From assembly GCA_024225195.1 (NCBI GenBank), contig JAAEMV010000181.1, positions 312-64,311 on the forward strand: a DNA stretch of 64,000 bases, in the 5' to 3' direction. Shown piece after piece: positions 39,001-47,740 of the stretch. The stretch comes from Planctomycetaceae bacterium (GTDB lineage Bacteria > Planctomycetota > Planctomycetia > Pirellulales > Pirellulaceae). How positions within the stretch are numbered: the stretch's first letter is position 1; every line of letters starts with the position of its first letter. Made by a program: the position numbers and the translations under genes. The notes beneath the pieces were generated by a model that was not told where the DNA came from, did not search any database, and worked only from the letters and a program-made list of their open reading frames with translations.

Positions 39001-39290
39001 GGCATGCAGGCCGGAAATCGCTCCAGCATTCCCTCGAAAAATGTTGGCAAGTCATCGAGTAAATCATCTTGAGTTTTACCGTCAGCGACAACAATGAGAA
39101 TGTTGTTGAACTGCTTGCTCAAAGAGGCTGCGAGCAGCGCGCAGGATGAACCCCAGACAGAATCGAATGTCGCCGTTTCACCCCGCTGGAGTGAATCGAC
39201 ACAAGCAATAAAGTCTTTGCTGCGAGCAAAATTTTCTGACAAAGCGAGTAGACGCTTGGAAGTCAGGGCGTGCGACGGAACATCAGACAT
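36045..39290 (-). CDS. mfd: Transcription-repair coupling factor
   Basis: 1081 aa. UvrB-homology N-terminus, CarD/RID region (GDLIVHLSHGIGRF), SF2 helicase motifs (GDVGFGKTEVA, DEEQRFG, TATPIPRT, QLRGRVGR) and the TRG motif region. Confidence 0.96.
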   Translation of the reverse strand: MSDVPSHALTSKRLLALSENFARSKDFIACVDSLQRGETATFDSVWGSSCALLAASLSKQFNNILIVVADGKTQDDLLDDLPTFFEGMLERFPACMPASSAGVHLDLEYGDRLRLIKGLLAGDKAPVIVATVPSLLQPTPSQESIFGNSKRISVGDQIDIDGFATWLLEQEFHQTSAVELPGEFSIRGGIVDVYAPDWENPVRIELFDDEVESLRQFECANQRSSAELQQIEITVVTQDGPVNGCLLDFVPDDTLLLLLEPEALNEQAQRYTERISSSETIHSWEEIKRRWAKLPAATASRVTSGHLGAVYQLPIDTVERFSGDFGDLKLQVDRLARDPSGEEYEIFVMARVEGEIPRVREILSSTAAAAGGRLQIGLGCVHQGFRNRESFQIVIGCDQMFHRTELRRKGRRRLSKAIDSFLDLREGDLIVHLSHGIGRFRGLEMLDKDGQRTEHLGLEFHGGTKIYVPATKIDLVQKYIGGSKTRPTLAKIGGKSWAKQKASVESAIEDLASEMIELQAKRDGRPGIAFSADTEWQSEFEHSFPYRETPDQLTAIEAIKQDMQRAQPMDRLLCGDVGFGKTEVAMRAAFKAVENGYQVGVLVPTTILAEQHYKNFKERMGEFPLDIAKLSRFCTTQELKESVERLKKGRVDIVIGTHRLVSKDVKFFNLGLVIIDEEQRFGVEHKERLKSIRSSVDVLTMSATPIPRTLHMSLVGVRDISNLETPPDDRSAVATKVLRFNNETIRTGMLRELNRGGQIFFVHNRVNDIHLIQQKLESLVPEATFRFGHGQMNETELEEVMTDFIAGKFDVLIATTIIESGLDIPNANTIFINDADRYGLSDLHQLRGRVGRYKHKAYCYLLIEPHKHLNPTAARRLQAIETFSDMGAGFAISMRDLEIRGAGNLLGTQQSGHIATIGYELYCQLLENAVRHLKHMPAKLSIHVEVDLPVAAFLPDSYVVDRRQKIDLYRRLTRLERFDQIQELRNELRDRFGKIPPPVRRLLTLSELKLEAAVYQILSISMEDKYLTFKFQDRSRFSQLSKIRPVIRIIDDQTAMVTLKEGKIHPTKMLALVKSLLQPAT

Positions 39291-39364
39291 TGAATCTGCA
39301 TTCTAATGAGCCAGGCGAGCACCGCCAAGTGATCGACGGTTTTGAAAATTACTACCGACCGTTT

Positions 39365-40054
39365 TTATTGATTTTCAGCCGAGGTGTCGACTTTAGCCGA
39401 CCGGAAATCACCTGAATTATTGGCTTGCCAGACTTCGCCGTTATCAACATTGACCGCAGAAAGCCACTCATCCCCGTAGCAATAAGTGTCAATTAGTTTT
39501 ACGTGGCCATGATCTGTGACATGCCCGTCTGACTGAGGGGTGTGCCCGACGTAGGCCGTTTTACCAGAGATATGTGGTGCGGTTGGCGAATCCAGCATGT
39601 GCTTCCAAAAACTAACTTGGTCCGGTTGCTCGCTTAATGGAAGGTCGGGAACATAATTCGCGTGAATGAAGAAATGGTTTTCGGTTTCGTAGTAGCGGAG
39701 GCAATGGTTCAGAAATGAGAGATGATGTTGAGGAATGCCCTCTACGCTTCCACCGTAGCTGGCCAGCGTCGCGCTGCCACCGTGTTGATACCAGAATTCA
39801 AAATCGCGTTGCTTATTGTTGCCGAAAAGCGCCTTGTACATCATCAGTTCATGGTTGCCGATCAGCGGAATAAAACGGCACGTGCTGACAAGGTTAATCA
39901 GAATCTCGAGCACGCCGGCTGAATTCATGCCACGATCAACGTAATCTCCCATTCCAATAAGGATGTCATTGGAGGTCGGTTCGATTTCGTCAATCAAGCG
40001 TTGGAGTGCAACTGCACAGCCATGGATATCGCCAATGGCAATGGTTCGAGACAT
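39365..40054 (-). CDS. Metallophosphoesterase (PPP-family Ser/Thr phosphatase / ApaH-PrpE-like)
   Basis: IAIGDIHGC, GDYVDRG, GNHE and downstream HTP/H motifs. Start set at ATG 40054. Confidence 0.85.
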   Translation of the reverse strand: MSRTIAIGDIHGCAVALQRLIDEIEPTSNDILIGMGDYVDRGMNSAGVLEILINLVSTCRFIPLIGNHELMMYKALFGNNKQRDFEFWYQHGGSATLASYGGSVEGIPQHHLSFLNHCLRYYETENHFFIHANYVPDLPLSEQPDQVSFWKHMLDSPTAPHISGKTAYVGHTPQSDGHVTDHGHVKLIDTYCYGDEWLSAVNVDNGEVWQANNSGDFRSAKVDTSAENQ

Positions 40055-40227
40055 TTTTAAAAGGAATAACCGTGGGGACGGGAAAAGCTCAATGATAGAG
40101 GACGGTCTCAACCTTACAAGGTTGATACTCTAGGTTTGAGCGTTTCCTAGAGTTATAAGCTGTTACAAGAGATGGATTCGTAAAAATAATAGTGAGAGAT
40201 TTGTTAGGCTAATCGTACTCCAAAAAC

Positions 40228-40920
40228 TTACTGACGATTGGCAAAACCAATTTTAGCAAGAATGGACATTTCTTCTTTTCGTTCTTTCGGAGTCAGTTCC
40301 TCCAGTAACTTTCTTTGAGCGCGAATCAGGATCGGGGACGCATTTGACTGTAATAACATCGCATCTCCAGTAGCTTTGATAGCGGTTCTGGAGGCTCCGT
40401 CTAAGTCCAGGAAATTGCTGTCGATAATTTCTAGGTCAACGACTTGTTGCTCAGGAATTGCGAGTTCCCATTTGAGAGTAATTGCAAATGGATGCCGCGG
40501 AGCAGGACCGGTTGAAATTAATTTAAGCGGTTGTTGTTTTTGACCGATTTTAACGTTGAGGTTTTTGCTAATGAATTTCCCAGCAGCGACGTGGAATTGT
40601 TTGGTCAGTTCGGGGGATAAAACGTGCCCGGAATCATCGTTGGAATCAACCTCAGTTGCCGGAGTTTCGGTTTTCGGCAGAACGGCGGTTGTTTTTGAAG
40701 CTGGAGGATTGGCGTCGAGCTGAGACCATCTTTTAAGAACTTTTTCCGTTGTTTTCTTATTAAGACCGATGGAATAGGTGATTTCAGCTTTGTTTCCTCG
40801 GACAATAACAGCGAGAGTTCGCTCGACAAAGTCATCCTCAAATCGATGGGGTGTAGAGCGAACAAGCGGGAAACTAAGGTTGGCGATGATCGCGAACGTA
40901 AGTATTACTGTTTTCATCAT
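40228..40920 (-). CDS. Secreted hypothetical protein
   Basis: About 230 aa with a cleavable-looking signal peptide (MMKTVILTFAIIANLSF). No recognised domain. ATG at 40920; the maximal ORF starts at TTG 40923. Confidence 0.55.
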   Translation of the reverse strand: MMKTVILTFAIIANLSFPLVRSTPHRFEDDFVERTLAVIVRGNKAEITYSIGLNKKTTEKVLKRWSQLDANPPASKTTAVLPKTETPATEVDSNDDSGHVLSPELTKQFHVAAGKFISKNLNVKIGQKQQPLKLISTGPAPRHPFAITLKWELAIPEQQVVDLEIIDSNFLDLDGASRTAIKATGDAMLLQSNASPILIRAQRKLLEELTPKERKEEMSILAKIGFANRQ

Positions 40921-41009
40921 CAATTGAATATCTCAACGTCAAAGAGAACTGGTCGGCAGCGGGTTCTCAGAATAATATAGTGGAACGCGAACACATTGTA
41001 CCAAGGTTT

Positions 41010-41276
41010 ATGTTTATGAATTCCAATGAAATCCTCGATCGCGAATTTTTAGAGATTCGCGCGAAAATACTAGAGGTTGCTGCGGCGCTGGATCGGATCG
41101 AGCGGGCGGAGGGAGATGTCTCCGGCGACCCTCGAATGGGATTGATTGCCGATGCAATCAACATTATCGCAAGCGAGCATTCGGATCCTATTCGTGCTGA
41201 GAAAATCCAGTTGCTGTTTTCGAGAACCTATGATGAACAGTGGCGCAACGAATTCTCCATTGCTTCACGTTCCTAG
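41010..41276 (+). CDS. Small hypothetical protein (~88 aa)
   Basis: Helical, charged ORF. ATG 41010 is preceded by AAGG about 5 nt upstream; the maximal ORF starts at GTG 40980. 150 bp upstream of the TatD-like gene. Confidence 0.45.
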   Translation: MFMNSNEILDREFLEIRAKILEVAAALDRIERAEGDVSGDPRMGLIADAINIIASEHSDPIRAEKIQLLFSRTYDEQWRNEFSIASRS

Positions 41277-41425
41277 TTTGGAAATCTCGGTGAGATGGTG
41301 TTAGCCGGACGAATTCCGGCCTGCAGACTTACGAGTTGTTCGTTTGCGGCGACTCATCTCAGTCGTACCTTCAATTTTGAGTATTATCTTGCCGGTCCGG
41401 CAGGTTTTTTTAGAAAGACGGATTT

Positions 41426-42241
41426 ATGTACTACATCGACCCGCATCTTCATATGGTTTCGCGGACGACAGACGACTATGAAACACTTGCCAAAATGGGT
41501 TGTGTCGCCATCAGTGAACCGGCGTTTTGGGCCGGGTTCGACCGGGGAAGCGGAGAGAGTTTCCGAGATTATTTTCGTCAGTTGACGGAAGTCGAACCTA
41601 AACGTGCTGCTCAGTATGGTATCCAGCACTTTACCTGGCTTTGCATTAATGCCAAGGAGGCCGAGGACGTTGAGTTGTCCCGGGAGGTTCTAAAAATCAT
41701 CCCTGAATTTTTGGATTGCCCAAACGTGTTGGGGATTGGCGAAATTGGGTTGAATAAGAACACTAAGAACGAAGCGATAATTTTCCAAGAACACATGGAG
41801 CTTGCGATTGCTCACCAACAGCAAGTTTTGATTCATACCCCTCACTTGGAAGATAAGTATCAGGGAACCCGAATGATCCTAGACATGCTTGGTGAACACT
41901 CCATCGATCGTTCGAGAGTGTTAGTGGATCATGTCGAGGAGCACACGGTGGGACCGGTGCTTGAAGCGGGGTACTGGGCGGGGATGACGCTTTACCCGGT
42001 AACGAAATGCACTCCCTCGCGTGCGGTTGACATTATCGAGCGGCATGGTGCTGAGCGATTGTGCGTTAACTCCGCTGGAGATTGGGGGCCATCGAAACCG
42101 ACAGCGGTTCCAGATTTAGTGCTTGAAATGCGTCGCAGGGGGCATAAGGAAAGCCTGATTAAAAAGGTGGTTTACGACAACCCGCGGGATTTTTTCAGTC
42201 AAAGTAAAAACTTCAATCTTGAAAATCCTGCTCAGCGTTAA
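41426..42241 (+). CDS. TatD-related metal-dependent hydrolase (amidohydrolase fold)
   Basis: 271 aa. N-terminal YIDPHLHM (HxH metal motif), GEIGLNK, internal HTPH and a late D..H region, consistent with the TatD/amidohydrolase superfamily. Confidence 0.78.
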   Translation: MYYIDPHLHMVSRTTDDYETLAKMGCVAISEPAFWAGFDRGSGESFRDYFRQLTEVEPKRAAQYGIQHFTWLCINAKEAEDVELSREVLKIIPEFLDCPNVLGIGEIGLNKNTKNEAIIFQEHMELAIAHQQQVLIHTPHLEDKYQGTRMILDMLGEHSIDRSRVLVDHVEEHTVGPVLEAGYWAGMTLYPVTKCTPSRAVDIIERHGAERLCVNSAGDWGPSKPTAVPDLVLEMRRRGHKESLIKKVVYDNPRDFFSQSKNFNLENPAQR

Positions 42242-42409
42242 GTCGTTTGTTCAGGGCGACCTGCGTTCGTTGTTGAGAATGTGAAAGGTATTTGTGGGCG
42301 ATTTGGCGTGATTTATGGTTGCCAGTCTCAATAAGGCTGGTAAATTAGAGTTTTGAACTTGATCGTTCCATCAATGCTAGAGATTCCCTCCCTGGACGCA
42401 GAAGATTTT

Positions 42410-42922
42410 ATGAGCCAAGAAACTGATTTAAAAACACTCGCGCCCGTTCACGTTGCGCTCACGCCTCAACAGCGATTCAGCGATTTTTTGCAGAGCCGTG
42501 GCATGCGAAACACGGAACAGCGTCGAGCGATGTTGGAATTGGTATTTCTCGAACATGACCACTTTGACGCGGATCAATTATTGGTGCGACTCCCCGCCAA
42601 GGGTGAGCAGGGCTACGTCAGTCGTCCCACCGTTTATCGAACGTTGGGTGAATTTGTCGACGCGGGGTTGCTGCGTAAGTTTTCGTTAGACGGAAGAAGT
42701 GTCTACGAGCACGACTATGGGTATCCCCAACACGACCACCTGTACTGCACCAAATGTGAGAAGCTAATTGAATTTCAAAGTGATTCGTTGTTGGAAATTC
42801 GAAGCGACGTTGGCAAGGCGCACAACTTTGACGTGCGTAGTCACCGGTTGATCGTATCGGGCGTCTGTGAGGATTGCCGACGCGGAAGTCGACGAGAGCG
42901 TCGAAAAGTCGATCTGATTTAG
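42410..42922 (+). CDS. fur: Fur-family transcriptional regulator (Fur/Zur/Nur-type)
   Basis: RNTEQRRAMLELV..., winged-helix VSRPTVYRTLGEFVDAGLL, metal sites HDH.YC..C...and C-terminal CEDC. ATG at 42410; the maximal ORF starts at 42353. Confidence 0.85.
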   Translation: MSQETDLKTLAPVHVALTPQQRFSDFLQSRGMRNTEQRRAMLELVFLEHDHFDADQLLVRLPAKGEQGYVSRPTVYRTLGEFVDAGLLRKFSLDGRSVYEHDYGYPQHDHLYCTKCEKLIEFQSDSLLEIRSDVGKAHNFDVRSHRLIVSGVCEDCRRGSRRERRKVDLI

Positions 42923-42964
42923 GATACTTCATCAACCCCAAGCTAAATGGTTTCAAACTAAATG

Positions 42965-43010
42965 CAAAAAAATAGGCGGCTTCTCAATCGAGAAGCCGCC
43001 TTAGTTTTTA
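42965..43010. terminator. Bidirectional intrinsic terminator between fur and the His-rich lipoprotein gene
   Basis: 12-bp stem AGGCGGCTTCTC / GAGAAGCCGCCT with loop AATC. A7 run on the left, TAGTTTTTA on the right. Confidence 0.78.
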
Positions 43011-43049
43011 TGGCCTTGGTGAGAGGCGGTGGTACCAGAATGGCCTGGT

Positions 43050-43604
43050 TTAGTGATCCAGAGGTTCGTGAGCTTTGATCTCACCTTTGTAGACTTTGTC
43101 ACCAATTTTAACTTCGATGTCTACTCCGAGCGGAATAGCAATTGAAAGGTTTTGGTCGTCAAGCATGTAGACTGCAGAAAGTCCCTGGTCGTCAAGTTTC
43201 TCTGCCTCTAATGTAAACCCTTCTTCTTCGTTACCGACTTTAGGAGTGACAGTAAAGCTGTCGACTTTCTGAGCGACCTCTTTTTTGCCTGCGGCGTCCA
43301 AGAGATACATTTTGATGACGTTACTGTCTGTGTATTTTTTCCATTCGCCTTGCATGTCGTTTGGCTCGAGGGCAAAGATATGACCGCCAAACGGGCCATG
43401 TGCCGGATGATCTGCATGGTCATGATCATGGTCATCGCCGTGATCATGATCGTGGTCGTGGTCGTGATCGTGGTCGTGATCAGCATTGTCTGCCGCACCA
43501 CCATTTGTTTTTCCATTTCCGCCGGTTGAGTCGCAACCACTAACGGCAAATACGGCTAATGCCAACATTGCTACGATTAGTGACGACGCAGAATTGATAC
43601 GCAT
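43050..43604 (-). CDS. His/Asp-repeat lipoprotein, putative periplasmic metal-binding protein
   Basis: Lipobox AVSGC, then DHDHDHDHDHDHDHGDDHDHDHADHPAH, then a ~110-aa beta-rich domain ending in ...HEPLDH. Start set at ATG 43604. Confidence 0.7.
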   Translation of the reverse strand: MRINSASSLIVAMLALAVFAVSGCDSTGGNGKTNGGAADNADHDHDHDHDHDHDHGDDHDHDHADHPAHGPFGGHIFALEPNDMQGEWKKYTDSNVIKMYLLDAAGKKEVAQKVDSFTVTPKVGNEEEGFTLEAEKLDDQGLSAVYMLDDQNLSIAIPLGVDIEVKIGDKVYKGEIKAHEPLDH

Positions 43605-43871
43605 GGTTACTCCAGATAAAAGATTCAATTTCTTGTTTCTAGCTGTCGCTAGGTTAATGTTGGATTGCATCCAAGTAAGTTAGGACCAAAGAGGACTCGA
43701 TTATAGAGTTCCCTCGCAAAATGGAAACACCGAACCCTTTGTTTGTTTATAAAGCTGATAGTCTCACAGCGTCACGCAAAAAAGCGTCGCTATGGGCACT
43801 ACGTTTTCGCTTTCCATCTTGTTCAAGGCTGAGCGATTTACCTAGTTGATCCACAAATTTAGGGGGTGTTC

Positions 43872-44447
43872 TTAGTTGTCCAGCGGAGTGTTAGGAAACT
43901 TGAAATTTGTGTTACTGAGTATATCACGAAGGATGCTTCTTCCGTGGCGCTCCATGGCTTCCTCCCATAAATTGCCCGGATCGCAAAAGATTTGGTCAGC
44001 GTTACTACTGTCACTGCAGTACCAAAGGCCGTGATTGACCTCTGATTGCAGTTGTCCAGGTTTCCACCCCACGATGCCAAAAGCGATTCGGTAGGGAGTG
44101 TTTTTGAGATTAGCCAGTTCTTTAAATTTATTGGCCTGTGCGGTTACGAAAATACCTCCCGGCATTTCGATTTCTCCTAAGTGGTGGTTTTGGTGAATTG
44201 CAAAGACTGGTCCGTCGATTGGCCCACCGCTCACTAAAAAACGGTCGTCGAATCTCTGTCCCGTTAGTTGTTGCCATGCAAGTTTAATTTCGTCGTTGGC
44301 GGGTTGGTTTAGAATGACGCCGATCGTGCCAAACTCATTGCTTTGCAGAATAAGAATGACGGCCTGCTGAAAAGGAGTGTCGGAAATTGATTCAGTGGCG
44401 ATGAGGAGAGAGCCGGGAATGATTTCTGGTTTGGAATCAAACGGCAT
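43872..44447 (-). CDS. yqgE: YqgE/AlgH family protein (UPF0301)
   Basis: 191 aa from ATG 44447. GSLLIATESISDTPFQQAVILILQSNEFGTIGVILNQP and GGPIDGPVFAIH match the family pattern. Confidence 0.85.
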   Translation of the reverse strand: MPFDSKPEIIPGSLLIATESISDTPFQQAVILILQSNEFGTIGVILNQPANDEIKLAWQQLTGQRFDDRFLVSGGPIDGPVFAIHQNHHLGEIEMPGGIFVTAQANKFKELANLKNTPYRIAFGIVGWKPGQLQSEVNHGLWYCSDSSNADQIFCDPGNLWEEAMERHGRSILRDILSNTNFKFPNTPLDN

Positions 44448-44832
44448 CAGTTCTGAGCTGTTGAAACGATCGGTCAAGAATTCCCCCTTGGTCAAACATG
44501 AACTTGAGGTAACGCAAAACTGTCTGAACAAGACCGCAATTGAATTGTGGTCTCCTTCGTAAGTATTTGTTTTCCTAATCTGAGAGGTTGCAAATTGCGT
44601 GCCGTTAGGAAATGGCTGGTCTGATTTTGGACAAAGCTGTTGCTTGCGTTGATTGAGTGACGTATTTCACGCCATTAAATCAGCAATGGCTGAATTCAAT
44701 CCTTTAAATTTGCCACGCTTGCAATTTGAAATTTAGTCGCGGCTTAGAACCTTGCCATCTTGTCAGGCGCAATTTTAGTTAGCTAACAAGAGTTCCGAGT
44801 TTGGGCGATTGATTGACTTTCTTTTGCCGAAA

Positions 44833-45705
44833 TCAATTCTCGTTTTCAGCCTGTTTTCGTTCAAATTTTTCTTCAGCCGTGCTGGGTCTAAAATAGATAG
44901 GTTCCAGCTTCCAGTGACTCTCTCGTGTTCCGGCGGCGTATTTTTTTCTGGCGAGTCGACCGATCAAAGAGGCTGAGCAGTTTCGGTTTGGCTCCGGTAG
45001 CAACTTACATCCGAGTTGAGTCGCTAAGTCGGATGTGAGGGCTTGGGGGATGCCGGGCCCCGTGATGATATCGCCGGTCAGAATGGTTGATTTCCAGTTC
45101 TCAAATTCGGTAACTTCACTGGCGGAAGTTTCTTCTACTTGCCAATTTGCTTCATCGTCTAGATAGGCTTGGTAAGACGACGAGAAAAGTTGCCCTCGCT
45201 GGGCATTCACGACTGGTCTAATATTCAGCCTCACCGGCATTTCAACCGAGTCTGTTGAGCATGAGAGCTCAGCTGCTCCGAACGCGAGGGCTTCGAGCGT
45301 ATTGATACCAAGAATTGGGATGTCTCTTGCGTAGGCAATCGTTTTTGCAGTGACGACTCCGACTCGAAGTGAGGTGAAGGAACCGGGACCTTTGGTAGTG
45401 GCAATGAGATCAATGTCTTCGAGGGTGATTCCATACTGCTCGAGGGCAGTCCTGATCATGGGAGCTAATAACGTGGAAGCGCCGGGAGGGAATATTCGAG
45501 AGGTTTTCCCCTGCCCTTTCGAACGCTTGCGGACATAGCCTTGGGGAAGAGAATCGTCATCCCCAGCGTTGGAGCGACCGCTAGGTGGTTTCGATTGATC
45601 TTGGAATTGGTTTGAATCGAGTTGTAAAACAGCCTCAGTATTTTTAACAATTGCCACAGAAAGCACTGTCGAAGAGGAGTCAATTGCTAGAGTAAGCGAT
45701 GCCAT
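44833..45705 (-). CDS. tsaB: tRNA t6A37 biosynthesis protein TsaB-like (inactive Kae1/TsaD homologue) with an insertion
   Basis: N-terminus LTLAIDSSSTVLSVAIV, ...DIDLIATTKGPGSFTSLRVGVVTAKTIAYA..PILGINTLEALA. A ~45-aa low-complexity insert follows the first beta-hairpin. Confidence 0.72.
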   Translation of the reverse strand: MASLTLAIDSSSTVLSVAIVKNTEAVLQLDSNQFQDQSKPPSGRSNAGDDDSLPQGYVRKRSKGQGKTSRIFPPGASTLLAPMIRTALEQYGITLEDIDLIATTKGPGSFTSLRVGVVTAKTIAYARDIPILGINTLEALAFGAAELSCSTDSVEMPVRLNIRPVVNAQRGQLFSSSYQAYLDDEANWQVEETSASEVTEFENWKSTILTGDIITGPGIPQALTSDLATQLGCKLLPEPNRNCSASLIGRLARKKYAAGTRESHWKLEPIYFRPSTAEEKFERKQAENEN

Positions 45706-46080
45706 GGGTGGATTGGATAGAGAATGGAATTGGTGATTCGGAAGTTGGTTGAATTTCAGCTGGGCGGAGGTTGGCGACGCGTTGTGATTGGAGGATCAAC
45801 TAATTCGCACATTTGAAACGACCGTTACAAATGCTCCCACCACAATATTTTACGAGTCATCAAGTCAATTGCATAGGATTGTCGATGCTTGTAGACTATC
45901 GCGGCAGGCTATGGTTTTACGTGTGCCGATTGCTAGTTTATAGGATTAGCTGATCGCTGTCCGAAGAACCAGTTTAGCAAATTAAAAAGTGAATAGAGAG
46001 TGGACGAGTTTTTCATAAACCAGCTTTTTTGCTGGTTGGCTCGGACGTAGTTTTCATCTTGAATCAAATAAGGCTTTTCC

Positions 46081-46839
46081 GTGCAGCGGGCAATCATTAG
46101 TGACATACACGGAAACTTTGAAGCATTGACTGCGGTCCTCGGTCGGATTGGTGATATCGGTGTCGATGAAATTATTTGCCTTGGCGATATCATTGGATAC
46201 GGGCCAAACCCTTTAGAGTGCCTCGACACGGTCATTGACCGCTGCCAATTAACAATTCTCGGTAATCATGATCAGGCGGCCATTTTTGATCCGGATGGGT
46301 TCAATCCAATTGCTATGAAGGCGATTTATTGGACTCGGGAGCAATTGGAAAACGACACCGCTGATCTGGAGCAGGCAGATCGACGTTGGGATTTTTTAGG
46401 TGAATTGCCACGTCGTCATGATGAGGGCGATTATCTGTTCGTTCACGGTTCGCCAAGAGATCCCACGAACGAGTATGTTTTTCCCGAAACTGTTTACGAA
46501 CGTGATTTACTCGCCCTTTTGATGAGTCGCATTGAGCATGTTTGTTTTCAAGGGCATACCCACATTCCAGGGATTTTTACCGAGTCCGGCGCGTTTGTTT
46601 CACCTGATGAGTGCGACCATTATTTTCGGCTGGATGGTGGGAAGTGCATGTTGAATGTGGGAAGCGTTGGGCAGCCGCGTGACGGCGACGCACGATCCTG
46701 TTTCGTTGTTTTAGACACAGAAGAGCGGTCTGTTCGCTACCATCGGGTCGAATACGATGCTGAAAAGACTCGGCAGAAGATTTATGGGATTCCCGATCTC
46801 GACAATATGCTTGGCGATCGCTTAATGACCGGACGTTAA
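46081..46839 (+). CDS. Metallophosphoesterase family protein (calcineurin-like, Metallophos_2-type), paralogue 1
   Basis: GTG start. [45 protein letters not shown]. Confidence 0.85.
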   Translation: MQRAIISDIHGNFEALTAVLGRIGDIGVDEIICLGDIIGYGPNPLECLDTVIDRCQLTILGNHDQAAIFDPDGFNPIAMKAIYWTREQLENDTADLEQADRRWDFLGELPRRHDEGDYLFVHGSPRDPTNEYVFPETVYERDLLALLMSRIEHVCFQGHTHIPGIFTESGAFVSPDECDHYFRLDGGKCMLNVGSVGQPRDGDARSCFVVLDTEERSVRYHRVEYDAEKTRQKIYGIPDLDNMLGDRLMTGR

Positions 46840-46993
46840 GAAAAACTGTTTTTCATCGTTGATTGTGATTCCCGTCATTGGACAAAGTGATTAAGATACG
46901 ACCACGTCGCGGTGGTTTTGTGCACCTAAATAACGGGGAAACGCACGAGAGCCGCTTGGTTTGATCACAATTAACGCTCATCTAGGATGTCTC

Positions 46994-47740
46994 ATGGGTA
47001 AACGCGCTATTATCAGCGACATCCATGGTAATTTCGAAGCCTTAACCGCTGTTCTCGCGGACATTGAAACTCAGGGAATTTCTGAGATTTACTGTCTTGG
47101 CGATGTAATTGGGTATGGTCCCAACCCTCGCGAATGCATTGACCGATGCCGCGAATTTGCTCTGACTTTACTCGGCAACCACGACAACGGTGCTCTTTTC
47201 GACCCAGAGGGGTTCAGCAGTGGTGCCGAACGGGCGATTTTCTGGACACGTTCCCAACTGGAACAAACGGAACACGATGGTGCGAAAGAGCGATGGGATT
47301 TTCTGGCCAGTCTTCCGCGGACGCATCGCGAAGGTGATTTTATGTTCGTCCATGGCTCCCCCCGGAGTCCTTTGAACGAGTATGTTTTTCCGGAAGACGT
47401 TTACAATCAGCGAAAAATTGAACGGATTTTTGGTTTCATTCAAAAATACTGTTTTCAGGGGCATACGCATGTTCCAGGGGTTTTTACCGAGAATTTCCGG
47501 TTTTATTCTCCAAGCGAAATCAGCAATACCTACACGCTCGGCGAGCAAAAGCTGATGATCAACGTGGGAAGCGTTGGGCAACCGAGAGACAGTGATCCGC
47601 GAGGGAGTTACGTAATCCTCGAAGGAAACGAGGTGGAATTTCGCCGAGTGGAGTACGATCCTGCCCCGACCCGAAATAAAATACTCGGTATTTCTGAGTT
47701 AGACGATTTCCTCGGAGACCGGTTGCTTGAGGGACGCTAG
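46994..47740 (+). CDS. Metallophosphoesterase family protein (calcineurin-like, Metallophos_2-type), paralogue 2
   Basis: Same motif set as paralogue 1 ([16 protein letters not shown] is identical in both). Co-linear along the whole length. ATG at 46994. Confidence 0.85.
   Translation: MGKRAIISDIHGNFEALTAVLADIETQGISEIYCLGDVIGYGPNPRECIDRCREFALTLLGNHDNGALFDPEGFSSGAERAIFWTRSQLEQTEHDGAKERWDFLASLPRTHREGDFMFVHGSPRSPLNEYVFPEDVYNQRKIERIFGFIQKYCFQGHTHVPGVFTENFRFYSPSEISNTYTLGEQKLMINVGSVGQPRDSDPRGSYVILEGNEVEFRRVEYDPAPTRNKILGISELDDFLGDRLLEGR

Noticed and set aside
43396-43487. Repetitive gat-cac/gac-cac DNA that could be mistaken for a microsatellite or CRISPR-like array
   Set aside because: The repeat is in-frame coding sequence for the His-Asp tract of the lipoprotein. 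The units are 6 nt with no spacers, so it is not a CRISPR array.
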